Assembly (NCBI GenBank): GCA_045545475.1 | Contig: JAZQAZ010000020.1 | Coordinates: forward strand, 64,001 to 128,000 | Direction of reading: 5' to 3' | Length of the DNA: 64,000 bases | Origin: Clostridia bacterium | GTDB taxonomy: Bacteria; Bacillota; Clostridia; CAKSNL01; HGM11501 | In this document: one piece after another, positions 29,479 through 40,123 of the stretch | Layout of the letters: every line of letters begins with the position of its first letter | Numbering within the stretch: position 1 is the first letter of the stretch | Translations under genes and position numbers: made by a program | Notes under the pieces: model-generated | Told to the model about the DNA's origin: nothing | Seen by the model: only the letters and a program-made list of their open reading frames with translations | The model's database searches: none

Positions 29479-30651
29479 TTAATATTTTCTTATGTTTATC
29501 GTCTCAATTCCTTCGATGGCTTTCTGACAAAGCTCGTCAAAGGGAATGTGGCTTTCGCTCTTTAATATATTTTCAATGTTGGGACGTGTTGTTGGGTGCT
29601 TGGGTGTAAACACCGTACAGCAATCCTCATAGGGAAGAATGGAGGTTTCGAAGGTGTCGATTTTTCTTGCAATCTGAACAATTTCATCCTTGTCCATACC
29701 TATGCAGGGACGGAAAACGGGAATATCCGTAACCGAATCTGTAACGCCCAGTGCCCAAACCGTCTGGCTTGCAACCTGGCCGATGGATTCGCCTGTGATA
29801 AGACCCTGACACTCTCTCTTTTTAGCAACCTCGTTTGCTATTTTCATCATCATTCTTCGCATGATTAATGTCATGTGCTCAGAAGGACAGTTATCACGGA
29901 TGGCAAGCTGTGCTTCGGTGAAGGGAACAATGTGAAGAGGCATACTTCCTGTATAGTCCGCAATGCGGTCAGCTAAGGTTAAAACCTTTTCCTTTGCCTT
30001 TTCGCCTGTATAAGGATAGCTGAAGAAGTGTATTCCCTCAACGTAAACGCCGCGCTTTGCAATCATATGTCCTGCGACGGGGCTGTCAATACCGCCTGAT
30101 AAAAGAAGCATTGCTCTTCCGTTTGTGCCTGTGGGCATACCGCCTGCAGCCTTTATTCTTCCGGCGTAAACGAAGGCATCGGTATCTCTTATTTCAACAC
30201 GGACAACAACGTCAGGGTTTATTACATCAACTGTTAAATGGGGGAAGGCTTCAAGAAGTGCACCGCCCACCATTGCGGAAATTTCAGGAGACTTATAGGG
30301 AAAAGATTTGTCCGCACGGCGTGACTCAACCTTGAAAGTGTTAACGCCCGTAAGGGCATCGCTCAAATACTCGGGAGCAAAGTTCATAATCTTTTCCATA
30401 TCCTTTTCGATTATGCCTGCTCGGGAAAGATTTACAATTCCGAAAACTTTTGAAAGGCGGCCTACCATTTCGTCAATGTCATCTTCCTTTTCGGGAAGAA
30501 CATAAACCGTTGCCTGCTGATCGTAAATCTTAAAGTCACCCACGGTTTTCAGGCTACGCTTCATATTACCCTTAAGCATATCCTGAAAACGACGGCGGTT
30601 TCCGCCCTTTAATATAAGTTCGCCTGTCTTGGCAAGTATCATTTCTCTCAT
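29479..30651 (-). CDS. thiI: tRNA 4-thiouridine synthase ThiI
   Basis: GELILKGGNR, THUMP domain, PP-loop LLSGGIDSPVA, GESIGQVASQT, EDCCTVF. Confidence 0.96.
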   Translation of the reverse strand: MREMILAKTGELILKGGNRRRFQDMLKGNMKRSLKTVGDFKIYDQQATVYVLPEKEDDIDEMVGRLSKVFGIVNLSRAGIIEKDMEKIMNFAPEYLSDALTGVNTFKVESRRADKSFPYKSPEISAMVGGALLEAFPHLTVDVINPDVVVRVEIRDTDAFVYAGRIKAAGGMPTGTNGRAMLLLSGGIDSPVAGHMIAKRGVYVEGIHFFSYPYTGEKAKEKVLTLADRIADYTGSMPLHIVPFTEAQLAIRDNCPSEHMTLIMRRMMMKIANEVAKKRECQGLITGESIGQVASQTVWALGVTDSVTDIPVFRPCIGMDKDEIVQIARKIDTFETSILPYEDCCTVFTPKHPTTRPNIENILKSESHIPFDELCQKAIEGIETINIRKY

Positions 30652-31770
30652 CTTAATATCTCCAGTTTCTTTAGTATAGTTTGATATGTTTCTTCAAGTT
30701 CCTCGGCAGTTGTGTGCTTTGAAAAGCTGAAACGTATTGCGTTATCCGGGAAGGGTACGTTCATGGCGGCCAAAGTGGAACTGCCCTTTGCACCCTTTGC
30801 ACATGCGGAACCCGAGCTTACATAAATGCCTTCTTCGGAAAGTGCATTAAGCATTATTTCCGAGCGGATTCCCTTAAAGGATACGTTTAATACATAGGGA
30901 ACAGAAGAAACGAGGTTTCCGTTTAAGTATACATCGGGGAGACTTAAAAGTTTTTCTGCAAAGTCTTTTTTTAGCTGTGCCATACGCTCGTAATGCTCAC
31001 CGGGATTGATTTCCTTTGCCGCAGCACCAAAGCCTGCAATTCCTATCATATTTTCTGTGCCGGAGCGAATGTTTCCCTCCTGTCCGCCGCCGAAAACGAT
31101 GGACCTAAGACTTGTAACCTTGTCACCTTTATATAATGCACCAACGCCCTTTGGGCCGTGTACCTTGTGACTGCTTACGGTAAGTAAGTCAATGCCCCAC
31201 TTTGCAGGATAAAGGTCGATTTTTCCGTAGGACTGCACCGCATCCACATGGAAAAGTGCCCTCGGTGCTTTACGCTTTATCATAGGAGCCAGCTTTTCTA
31301 TTGGGAGAATAGCTCCCGTTTCGTTGTTGACGTGCATAACGCTGACAAGTGATGTCTTGTCGTTAACGGCATCTAATATTTTTTCAGCTTTCACGCTTCC
31401 GTCTTCTTCGGGAGATACGAAGAGCACTTCAAAGCCAAGGGTTTCAAGATGCATAAATGCATTTTTCACAGCATCGTGCTCAATCGCCGTAGTTACAATT
31501 CTTTTTCCCGCCTTTATGTTTGCACCGCCTAAGATGGCAAGATTATCGCTTTCGGTTCCTCCTGAGGTGAAAATTATATTTTTCGCATTGGTGTGAAGTG
31601 ATGAGGCAACAGATGCCCTTGCTTCATTAAGTATACGCTCAGACGAAAGCCCCAAAGTATAGCGGGAGGAGGGGTTTCCAAATTCCTCTTCCATCATACG
31701 GATGGAAGCTTTTACGGCTGATTCCGTCGGCTTTGTCGTAGCACTGTTATCAAGATAAATCAAAGGAAAC
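30648..31770 (-). CDS. Cysteine desulfurase (NifS/IscS family, ThiI partner)
   Basis: IYLDNSATT, FTSGGTES, HVDAVQ, SSHKVHGPKG, SSGSAC; start uncertain (31787/31770/31763). Confidence 0.93.
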
Positions 31771-31904
31771 ATCCTTTCTTTTTGCATTACCTTATATTAT
31801 AACATCAGAAATGAAGAATTTCAATAAATATATTAAGTTAATTTTATCTTTACAAAAATAACTTTGTATGATAAAATTAAAAATACGTTAAAGGAGGAAT
31901 AAAT

Positions 31905-33140
31905 ATGAAAAAAATTTTGGCTCTTGCTATGGCTCTTGCAATTGTTGCAACACTTGTGGGCTGCGGCGGAACGGTAACTTTCAATACAGAAGACTGGGCA
32001 GATATGAACATCCGTGTTGCAGGTTACAGAAACTTCAACGACGATCCGCTTAACTACGAATTTGCAGAAGGAGCAAAGAAATTTGCAGAGGAATACGGTA
32101 CAACTGTGGAATTCCTTGTCGGCGGTAAGGACGGTATGGGAGATGACCTTGTTGCAGGTATCGTTGCAGGTGACCCCTGGGAAATTCAGTATTGCTTCGG
32201 TATTTCTGTTTTCCCCACAACCTTTGCTGAAGAGCTCTATACACCCATCACAGATTATATCGATTATGAAAACAACGATATGATTGACAAGATTATGGTT
32301 GAAGGCTCTGCTTGGCGCGGTGAATATTACGGCGTAAGCTCCCTTCCTATGCAGGAAATCTGGTACATTGCATACAACGAAACCTGGATGAAGGAGCTTG
32401 GTATTAAGACTCCTCACGAGTATCTTGCAGAAGATAATTGGACAATGGATGCTTATAAAGAAATAAACGAAAAGGCATTTGCTCTCGGTGCAAAGTCTGC
32501 GAGTGCAACCACAAGACCTCATGTGAGCGGTAAATATCTTGCATCCTGGGATGAGGAGACAGGCACAGTTACATCTACATATGACAGCCCTGAAAATGTG
32601 GCATGGCTTTCCTTCTGGGAAGACCTTCTTGCTGATGGCAGATATTGCGTCACAGGAAGCGGACTTGCATCTGCAAGAAGTGTAATTATGCGTGACGAAG
32701 TTATGCCCAATCTTATAAAGGGAGAACTTGCTCAGGAAACAACAGATACCATAAGATACATCCATTTCCCAAACGAGGACGGAGGATACGGTTCTTACCT
32801 TACAGACTCTTACTTCCTTTTCCCGATGGGAGTATCTGAAGAAAAGCTTCCCTGTGCATTTATGCTTGCCTGCTATATGACGGATATGAAGTCCAAGATT
32901 GTAACGGAAGAAGTTTATAAGGCCAATATGACAGAGGAAGACTTTGCTATATGGGAAAAGAACCTTGAAAACGTATATTATCTTCCCAGATATTTCTTCC
33001 CTGAATCAGATATGGGTGCTATTCGTTCTCAGTTCAGAAAGGATATATCCGGAGGTAAGTCTGTTGCAACTCACATTGCGGAAAATGCTGAAATGCTCCG
33101 CACAAAGGCAGAGGACTTTAACGCAAAGTACAGCGAATAA
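31905..33140 (+). CDS. Orphan extracellular solute-binding lipoprotein
   Basis: Lipobox LVGC, IAYNETWMKELGIKTP..WTMD SBP-like motifs; own RBS and terminator (33151-33178). Confidence 0.8.
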   Translation: MKKILALAMALAIVATLVGCGGTVTFNTEDWADMNIRVAGYRNFNDDPLNYEFAEGAKKFAEEYGTTVEFLVGGKDGMGDDLVAGIVAGDPWEIQYCFGISVFPTTFAEELYTPITDYIDYENNDMIDKIMVEGSAWRGEYYGVSSLPMQEIWYIAYNETWMKELGIKTPHEYLAEDNWTMDAYKEINEKAFALGAKSASATTRPHVSGKYLASWDEETGTVTSTYDSPENVAWLSFWEDLLADGRYCVTGSGLASARSVIMRDEVMPNLIKGELAQETTDTIRYIHFPNEDGGYGSYLTDSYFLFPMGVSEEKLPCAFMLACYMTDMKSKIVTEEVYKANMTEEDFAIWEKNLENVYYLPRYFFPESDMGAIRSQFRKDISGGKSVATHIAENAEMLRTKAEDFNAKYSE

Positions 33141-33236
33141 TAAAATTTATAAAAGCCGCCCGTCGGGTGGCTTTTTTTCTTGCAAAAATTCTTTTTCCGT
33201 GCTATACTTGATAAAAACAGGGAAAGGATTGATTTT

Positions 33237-34046
33237 ATGATATACGAAAAGATAGCACTTTCAGAAAGTGATGAAAACATATATTTGGAGGTTTACGCTC
33301 CCGAAAAGCTTCAGGGCTTTGTCCGTGATGCGATTTTGGTAATTCCCGGAGGCGGGTATGCCTGCGTCTGCTATGACAGAGAGGGAGAGCCCATTGCTCT
33401 TGACTTTGTGGCAAAGGGACTTTGTGCATTTGTTCTTCATTATTCGGTTGGGGAAAATGCAAAATTCCCCCGTCCGTTAATCGAAGCATCAAAGGCAATG
33501 AAATACATAAAGGAACACGCTGACCTTTACGGACTTAACCCCGATAGAGTTTTTGCAACCGGCTTTTCTGCAGGAGGTCACCTTTGTGCTTCTCTTGGCA
33601 CACTCTGGCATATGAACGAAATCTATGAGGAAATTGATATGCCCTATGGCTTTAATAAGCCCACAGGTATCATCCCCGTATACCCCGTAATTTCAGCCCT
33701 CGTGCCAACACACAAGGGCTCATTCCAGAACCTTACGGGAAGTTTAGAGCCTACGGAAGCAGAGCTTGCCGAGTACTCACTTGAAACAAGGGTTGACGAA
33801 AGGTCCGTTCCTGCATTTATTGTGCATACATCAACGGATCAGGCGGTGCCTGTATATAATGCCCTCGCCTTTGCAAAGGCGTATGCCGATGCGAAAATGC
33901 CTTTTGAGCTTCACATTTTCAAGGAAGCACCTCACGGAATGGCACTTGCAACAAAAATTACCGAGGTTGGAAACCCCGGCTGGGTAAATGAATCTGCGGC
34001 AGAGTGGACGCACCTTGCGTATCTTTGGATGAAGGGAATAAAGTAA
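33237..34046 (+). CDS. Alpha/beta hydrolase (esterase-like)
   Basis: PGGGY, GFSAGGH, D..V, HG; paralogous in motifs to 27405-28220. Confidence 0.88.
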   Translation: MIYEKIALSESDENIYLEVYAPEKLQGFVRDAILVIPGGGYACVCYDREGEPIALDFVAKGLCAFVLHYSVGENAKFPRPLIEASKAMKYIKEHADLYGLNPDRVFATGFSAGGHLCASLGTLWHMNEIYEEIDMPYGFNKPTGIIPVYPVISALVPTHKGSFQNLTGSLEPTEAELAEYSLETRVDERSVPAFIVHTSTDQAVPVYNALAFAKAYADAKMPFELHIFKEAPHGMALATKITEVGNPGWVNESAAEWTHLAYLWMKGIK

Positions 34047-34088
34047 GATAAAGCCTCCCCATGGGGAGGCTTTTTGTGTGGGAAAAAT

Positions 34089-34181
34089 AGATTCTTCGCC
34101 CTTCGGACTCAGAAAGACAGAGCGGGGAATGTTAAACTGATACATCTGTCATTCTGAGTGAACGTAGTGAGCGAAGAATCT
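34089..34181. repeat. Inverted pair of TGTCATTCTGAG..GAAGAATC palindromic elements
   Basis: AGATTCTTCGCCCTTCGGACTCAGAAAGACA (34089-34119) and TGTCATTCTGAGTGAACGTAGTGAGCGAAGAATCT (34147-34181). Confidence 0.75.
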
Positions 34182-34195
34182 CTGCCGACACTTTT

Positions 34196-35140
34196 TTATT
34201 TTATCGTTTCAATTTCAACACCATTATAGTAATGTTTTAATATTTCATCATAGGTTTTTCCTTCTTTAGCAAGGATGTTTGCACCGTGTTGACTCATACC
34301 TACGCCATGGCCGTAGCCCTTTACAGAGAAGGTTACAAGCTCTTCATCGGCAGAAATGGTGAAGGCGGAAGAACGCAGGGAAAAAAGGCTTCTTATTTCG
34401 CTTCCCTTAAAGCTGTGAGCACCTATTGTTATAGATTTTACATATCCGGCATCGGTAAGTTCTGCTTTTCCTATGTCGGAAGGGGAATTTACGGATGCTC
34501 CCATAGAATTCAACTTGCTTTTAAATTCGGTAAAGCTTATGGTTAAAGTCGATTCAAAACGGTCAACCTCCTCTTCGCCAAAGCTTTCTGCGGATTTTAA
34601 GTAGGGGACGGAACTGCCCCATACATTTTCGGCATCTTCGGTTTTTCCTGCACTCATGGAGTGAAAAACGGCCAGAACGGGTTCATCTTTATACGTCATT
34701 ATTTCGCCTCTTGTTTCGTCGACAGCTTTTTTTACTTTGGCAAGACTTACGTCATCTCCTTCGTATAAGTCCGGGAAAATATAGGCTTGACAGCAGGAGG
34801 CAGCCATGCAAATATCTGCATTTTCGTGGGTGGGGGAGCTAAGCTTCTTTTGGGTGTAAGTTCTTGCCGCAACGCTTTGTGCTTTTAAGGCTTCGTCTTG
34901 GAATGATGCGGGCATTTCCGCAAGGACAACGCCCAGCAGATACTCTTCCATGGGAAGGGTAAATACGCTTCCGTCGTATACGTTAAGGACTGAAACGCTT
35001 GGCTCTTCGTATATTATTTCTTCCGTCAGAGCAACTGGTTCCGGCTTTTTCGGTAACCCTGACAGGCATGGCGTAAAGACCATGACGGAAAAAATGATGG
35101 ATGCACATATAAGTTCGGTTTTCATAATAAATCCTTTCAT
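34196..35140 (-). CDS. spoIID: Stage II sporulation protein D
   Basis: EEYLLGVVLAEMPASF..EALKAQSVAARTY, CQAY, GYGHGVGMSQHGA, ILKHYY. Confidence 0.93.
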   Translation of the reverse strand: MKGFIMKTELICASIIFSVMVFTPCLSGLPKKPEPVALTEEIIYEEPSVSVLNVYDGSVFTLPMEEYLLGVVLAEMPASFQDEALKAQSVAARTYTQKKLSSPTHENADICMAASCCQAYIFPDLYEGDDVSLAKVKKAVDETRGEIMTYKDEPVLAVFHSMSAGKTEDAENVWGSSVPYLKSAESFGEEEVDRFESTLTISFTEFKSKLNSMGASVNSPSDIGKAELTDAGYVKSITIGAHSFKGSEIRSLFSLRSSAFTISADEELVTFSVKGYGHGVGMSQHGANILAKEGKTYDEILKHYYNGVEIETIK

Positions 35141-35284
35141 TATGCTTTGTTATAATAATATGAAAAACTTGTCCCGAAAATTACTATTAATACTTTACAA
35201 ATTTGTATTTTTGTGGTAAACTATGAGAGTATGCAGATTAAAATGAGAAAGTATGCGAACTTTTATACATAAAGGAGGCTCATT

Positions 35285-36280
35285 ATGAGCGAAGAAAGAA
35301 AACAAAGAGTATTTTCAGGCATTCAGCCATCAGGTGCGCTGGGCCTTGGCGGATATATCGGTGCGGTTAAAAACTGGCTTAAAATGCAGGAGGAATATGA
35401 TTGCTGTTTTTGCGTTGTGGACGAGCATTGCATAACGGTAAGGCAGGATCCTAAGGAACTTCGTGCAAGAAGTATGGAGTTTCTGGCACTTTACATTGCC
35501 TGCGGACTTGATCCGGAAAAAAGCCTTATTTATTTTCAGAGTCATGTGCCTCAGCATGCACAGCTTGCATGGGTGCTTAATTGCTATACCTACATGGGTG
35601 AGCTTTCCAGAATGACACAGTTTAAGGATAAATCGGCTAAGCACGCTGACAATATAAACGCAGGTCTTTTCACATATCCCGTTTTGATGGCGGCAGACAT
35701 TTTATTGTATCAGACAGACAAGGTGCCGGTAGGAATTGACCAGAAGCAGCATTTAGAGCTTGCACAGACAATTGCGGCAAGATTCAATGGAGTATACGGA
35801 GAGACATTTAAGGTTCCCGAGGCTGTTATTGCCAAGGTTGGAGCAAAGGTAATGAGTTTAGCTGATCCCACAAGCAAAATGAGTAAATCCGATCCCAAGG
35901 GAAACATAGGAATTCTTGATGCTCCTGAAGTCATTATGAAAAAGTTCAAGAGTGCAGTTACGGATTCGGATGCTAAAATTGAATATAAAGAAGGCAAGGA
36001 CGGAATCAATAACCTTCTTTCAATTTACTCCATTGCAACCGGAGAAAGCATTGAAGATGCAGTTAACCGTTTTTCAAATACCGGATACGGTGAGTTTAAG
36101 GTAAAGACAGCTGAAGCTGTAATTGAAATGCTTCGTCCCGTAAGAGAAAAATACGAAGACATTTCAAAAAATAAAGATTATATCGAAAGCGTTTATAAAA
36201 ACGGTGCGGAAATTGCCGGAAGAGTGGCAAGTAGAACTCTTGACAAAGTTTATAAAAAGATTGGCTTTGTTGCAAGATAG
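35285..36280 (+). CDS. trpS: Tryptophan--tRNA ligase
   Basis: FSGIQPSG, YPVLMAADILLY, VPVGIDQKQHLE, KMSKS. Confidence 0.96.
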   Translation: MSEERKQRVFSGIQPSGALGLGGYIGAVKNWLKMQEEYDCCFCVVDEHCITVRQDPKELRARSMEFLALYIACGLDPEKSLIYFQSHVPQHAQLAWVLNCYTYMGELSRMTQFKDKSAKHADNINAGLFTYPVLMAADILLYQTDKVPVGIDQKQHLELAQTIAARFNGVYGETFKVPEAVIAKVGAKVMSLADPTSKMSKSDPKGNIGILDAPEVIMKKFKSAVTDSDAKIEYKEGKDGINNLLSIYSIATGESIEDAVNRFSNTGYGEFKVKTAEAVIEMLRPVREKYEDISKNKDYIESVYKNGAEIAGRVASRTLDKVYKKIGFVAR

Positions 36281-36291
36281 GAGGTATCGCT

Positions 36292-37383
36292 TTGACAGAT
36301 ACAGTTAAAATAATACTTTCGTTTGTGGTTTCGTTTGTGGTGGCTTTTGCCACAACTCCTCTGGCAAAAAAATTTGCTGTTAAAATCGGAGCGATAGACG
36401 TTCCCAAGGAAGGTAGAAGAGTGCATAAAGAACCCACTCCGCTGATCGGAGGGCTTGCAATATTCCTTGGATTTCTGTCTTCACTTCTTGCTTTCGGAAA
36501 GATTGATGCAGAAATCGTAGGCATGTTGGCAGGTGCTGTTATAATGGTGGTTCTGGGAATATTTGACGATAAGTATAATCTTCCTGCTAAGTTTAAGTTT
36601 GTGATTCAGATTATTGCGGCGATAATCCCCGTAGCTTTGGGCGCGAAAATTGAAAGAATAATATTTCCGTTTTCTGAATACACCGGAATTACAGGTATTG
36701 AATTCGGATGGCTTTCTTATCCCATTACAATACTCTGGATTGTGGGACTTACCAATGCGGTAAATTTGATTGACGGACTTGACGGCCTGGCTGCCGGGGT
36801 TTCGGCCATTGCATCATTCTCTGTTTTCTGCGTTGCTCTTATGCAGGGCGAATACGGAATCGCAATTGTTACAGCGGCATTGGTTGGTTCGTGTTTTGGA
36901 TTTTTGCCATACAATTTCAATCCGGCATCTATCTTTATGGGGGATACAGGGTCAACGTTTTTAGGTTATGTAATGGCAGTAGTATCCGTTATGGGATTGT
37001 TTAAGATTCATGCCATAATTTCCTTTGCAGTTCCCTTTATCGCATTCGGAATTCCGATTTTCGATACCAGCTTTGCGATATTCAGAAGAATAAAAAATCA
37101 TCGTCCCATCATGTCGCCGGACAGGGAACATCTTCATCACAGACTTATAGACAGTGGTCTTAGTCAGAAGCAGGCAGTCTTGGCGATTTATGCAATATGT
37201 GTTGTACTTGGTGCCGTAGCGGTTATGTGTTTCAGAAATAAAATATGGGCACTTGCCATTGCAATGCTGGGCATTCTGGGTGCTTTGGTATTCCGCTATT
37301 GGGGAAGAGTCGGCAAGGACGGAAATGCCGAAAATAATGAAAATGCATCTGCAGAAAACGAAAATAAAAACACCGAAGAGTAA
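36292..37383 (+). CDS. Undecaprenyl-phosphate GlcNAc-1-phosphate transferase (TagO/WecA, MraY-like family)
   Basis: GIFDD, NAVNLIDGLDGLA, FMGDTGS, PDREHLHHRL. Confidence 0.92.
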   Translation: MTDTVKIILSFVVSFVVAFATTPLAKKFAVKIGAIDVPKEGRRVHKEPTPLIGGLAIFLGFLSSLLAFGKIDAEIVGMLAGAVIMVVLGIFDDKYNLPAKFKFVIQIIAAIIPVALGAKIERIIFPFSEYTGITGIEFGWLSYPITILWIVGLTNAVNLIDGLDGLAAGVSAIASFSVFCVALMQGEYGIAIVTAALVGSCFGFLPYNFNPASIFMGDTGSTFLGYVMAVVSVMGLFKIHAIISFAVPFIAFGIPIFDTSFAIFRRIKNHRPIMSPDREHLHHRLIDSGLSQKQAVLAIYAICVVLGAVAVMCFRNKIWALAIAMLGILGALVFRYWGRVGKDGNAENNENASAENENKNTEE

Positions 37384-37424
37384 TAAAAAAGCTGCCACGG
37401 CAGCTTTTTTCATAAGGAGATACT

Positions 37425-38981
37425 ATGGACAAGCTTCAAAGACTTATTAACAACTGTAATTATATAGTGTTTTTCGGAGGAGCCGGTGTCAGTACCGAAT
37501 CCGGTCTTAAGGATTTCAGGAGCAAGGACGGACTTTATAACGAAAAGAGCGATGTTCCCCCGGAAATGATTTTAAGCCACGGCTATTTTGAAAAGCACAC
37601 CGAAGAATTTTTTGACTTTTATAAAAATAAAATGATAGATCTTGATATACTGCCCAATAAGGCACATAAAAAGCTTGCCGAATTGGAAAAATCAGGAAAA
37701 CTTAAGGCTGTAATAACTCAGAATATTGACGGTCTTCATCAGGCTGCCGGAAGCGTAAATGTATTGGAGCTTCACGGAAGTGTCCACAGAAACTACTGCA
37801 CTGAGTGCAACAAGTTTTACGATGCAAAATTTATAAAAGAATCAAAAGGAGTTCCTGTCTGCTCCTGCGGTGGAATTATAAAACCTGATGTTGTGCTTTA
37901 TGATGAAGCATTATCGGATGATGTGATATCGAAGGCGGTAGCTCATATTTCTAAAGCAGACTTACTTATAATTGCGGGAACCAGCCTTATGGTTTATCCT
38001 GCGGCAGGATTGCTCAGGTATTTCCACGGACAGTACCTTGCACTTATAAATAAAGAAGAGACAAGCGTTGACAGGCTTGCAAATTATGTATCACATGAAA
38101 AAGTTGGGGAGGTTTTGGGAAGAATGGCAGTAGGAGTTACAATTAAAAATGAATTTATAGAAATGAAGTTCACTTCAAAGGGTGCACAGTGCGAGAGCCT
38201 TATGTTCAATGGAGAAGAACAGCTCTGGCAGGATAACGGAAGACTTATATGGGAAGACCATTCGCCTGTGCTTTTCCCCATATGCTCAAGTCTTAAGGAC
38301 GGCAAATACCATTATGACGGTAAATGGTATGAAATGCCTCAGCACGGCTTTTCCAAAGGGGCGATTTTCGAGGTTGAAGAGCTCGCAGGCGACAGAGTTG
38401 TATTCTGCCTTAAGGAAAATGATGAAACCTTGAAAATGTATCCATTCCTTTTCTCGTTCCGTGTGGAATATAAGCTATCGGGCAATAAGGTCATTACAAC
38501 CTACAGTGTTGAAAACAGGGATGAAAAAATTCTTCCTGCATCCTTCGGGAGCCATGAGGCTTACGCACTTCCCGACGGAATTGAAAATTATGAAATTGTG
38601 TTCCCTGAAGACGATTTTCTTATGCATCAGGTTATGGACGGAAGACTTGTTAACGGAGAGACAAAAAAGATTGAACTTGAAGGAAGGACTCTGCCACTTA
38701 CACGTGGCGTATTCGGAACGGATTCTTATGTAATAAAAGACCATAAATCAAGAAGTGTTACCTTACGAAGAAAGACGGGCGGCAGAGAAATTAAGATAGA
38801 TTTTCCCGGAATTGACTATCTTGTCCTCTGGCATAAGGAAGATGCCGATTATGTTTGCATAGAGCCATGGTGCAGTTTTATCGACCGTACAGATTCTGAC
38901 GGAGACATCACAAAGCGTGAGGGAATTATTCTTGTAGAACCCGGAAAAACAGTTGAAAAAACGCACACAATAACATTCTGA
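37425..38981 (+). CDS. Fusion: NAD-dependent protein deacylase (Sir2/CobB-like) + aldose 1-epimerase (LacX-like) domain
   Basis: N-half GAGVSTESG..DFR, TQNIDGLH, LHGS, CxxC/CxC Zn sites, GTSL; C-half LWQ..HSPVLFPI, QHGF, YPF, GSH, VCIEPW; single open frame. Confidence 0.85.
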   Translation: MDKLQRLINNCNYIVFFGGAGVSTESGLKDFRSKDGLYNEKSDVPPEMILSHGYFEKHTEEFFDFYKNKMIDLDILPNKAHKKLAELEKSGKLKAVITQNIDGLHQAAGSVNVLELHGSVHRNYCTECNKFYDAKFIKESKGVPVCSCGGIIKPDVVLYDEALSDDVISKAVAHISKADLLIIAGTSLMVYPAAGLLRYFHGQYLALINKEETSVDRLANYVSHEKVGEVLGRMAVGVTIKNEFIEMKFTSKGAQCESLMFNGEEQLWQDNGRLIWEDHSPVLFPICSSLKDGKYHYDGKWYEMPQHGFSKGAIFEVEELAGDRVVFCLKENDETLKMYPFLFSFRVEYKLSGNKVITTYSVENRDEKILPASFGSHEAYALPDGIENYEIVFPEDDFLMHQVMDGRLVNGETKKIELEGRTLPLTRGVFGTDSYVIKDHKSRSVTLRRKTGGREIKIDFPGIDYLVLWHKEDADYVCIEPWCSFIDRTDSDGDITKREGIILVEPGKTVEKTHTITF

Positions 38982-38986
38982 TTACG

Positions 38987-39027
38987 AAAAAATGCAGAGC
39001 GAAAAGTCACTTTCGCTCTGCATTTTT
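38987..39027 (+). terminator. Intrinsic terminator
   Basis: AAAAATGCAGAGCGAAA..TTTCGCTCTGCATTTTT. Confidence 0.85.
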
Positions 39028-39031
39028 ATTT

Positions 39032-39168
39032 TTATGCAAGAAAAATAAACAAAAATGTAAGATTATGCATAAAGAAATTGTTAAAATGCATAAATATTAA
39101 AAAATAATGTAAAAAAGCCTTGATTTTTCCTATGGCTGATGCTATAATTATGCAAAATGATAAAATGC
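39032..39168 (+). promoter_or_regulatory. arg operon promoter with probable ArgR (ARG-box-like) sites
   Basis: Several ATGCA(T/A)AA half-sites in an AT-rich region; TTGATT-17-TATAAT with extended TG at 39120-39148. Confidence 0.55.
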
Positions 39169-39169
39169 G

Positions 39170-40111
39170 GTGATATTTATGTGCGACAAAAAAACTAAAA
39201 TATTTATAGACGGCTCTGCAGGAACAACGGGCCTTCGTATATATGAAAGGCTCGGGGCGATGGAGGATATCGAATTAATCCGTTTGCCCGAGGAGGAAAG
39301 GAAAAGTCCCGAAGCGAGAAAAAGGGCTATTAACGAAAGTGATGTAACCTTTTTGTGTCTTCCTGACGATGCGGCAAGAGAGTCCGTTTCCTTGGCGGGA
39401 GATGATGTTATTATAATTGATACATCAACGGCCCACAGAACAGAAAGTGATTTTGCCTACGGTTTTCCGGAGCTTTCGGAAGAACACCGTGAAAAGATTA
39501 AAAACTCCAAAAGAATTGCGGTTCCGGGCTGTCATGCAGGAGGATTTATTGCACTTTTATATCCTTTAATAGAAAATGGATTTTTATCGCCCGACGCACA
39601 TCTTTCTTGCCATTCATTGACGGGATATTCAGGCGGCGGAAAGAAAATGATTGCAGAGTATGAAGCGGGAGAAAATCAGCTTCTTAAAGGTCCGAGACAG
39701 TACGGTCTTTCGCAGAATCATAAGCACCTTAAGGAAATGGTTAAAATAACAGGACTTTCCGTTGCTCCTGTGTTCTGCCCGATAGTCGGAGATTTTTACA
39801 GCGGTATGGAAGTGACGGTTCCTCTTTTCGCAAGCGATTTATTAAAGGGCGGAATAGAGGATATAAAAAATCTGTACAAAGAAAAGTACAATTCTGACAT
39901 TGTGAAATATGTTGAGGATGACGAGGAAGGCTTCTTGTCCTCTGTTAAATATTCAAATAAGGACTTTATGAGAATTTCCGTTTACGGAAACGAGGATAGA
40001 ATAATCCTTGTTGCAAGATATGATAATTTAGGTAAGGGTGCATCAGGTGCGGCAATTCAGTGTATGAATATAGCCATAGGAAAAGACGAAAAATGCTCAC
40101 TTGAGTTATAA
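39170..40111 (+). CDS. argC: N-acetyl-gamma-glutamyl-phosphate reductase (type 2)
   Basis: FIDGSAGTTGL, DTSTAHR, VPGC, TGYSGGGK, DNLGKGASGAAIQ. Confidence 0.94.
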   Translation: MIFMCDKKTKIFIDGSAGTTGLRIYERLGAMEDIELIRLPEEERKSPEARKRAINESDVTFLCLPDDAARESVSLAGDDVIIIDTSTAHRTESDFAYGFPELSEEHREKIKNSKRIAVPGCHAGGFIALLYPLIENGFLSPDAHLSCHSLTGYSGGGKKMIAEYEAGENQLLKGPRQYGLSQNHKHLKEMVKITGLSVAPVFCPIVGDFYSGMEVTVPLFASDLLKGGIEDIKNLYKEKYNSDIVKYVEDDEEGFLSSVKYSNKDFMRISVYGNEDRIILVARYDNLGKGASGAAIQCMNIAIGKDEKCSLEL

Positions 40112-40123
40112 GGAGAAGAAAAA

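Noticed and set aside
31833-32765. 310-aa minus-strand ORF
   Set aside because: Antisense shadow of the lipoprotein gene; no recognisable motifs or RBS.
35141-35284. T-box leader for trpS
   Set aside because: The intergenic region is too short, and no T-box consensus or terminator/antiterminator is visible.
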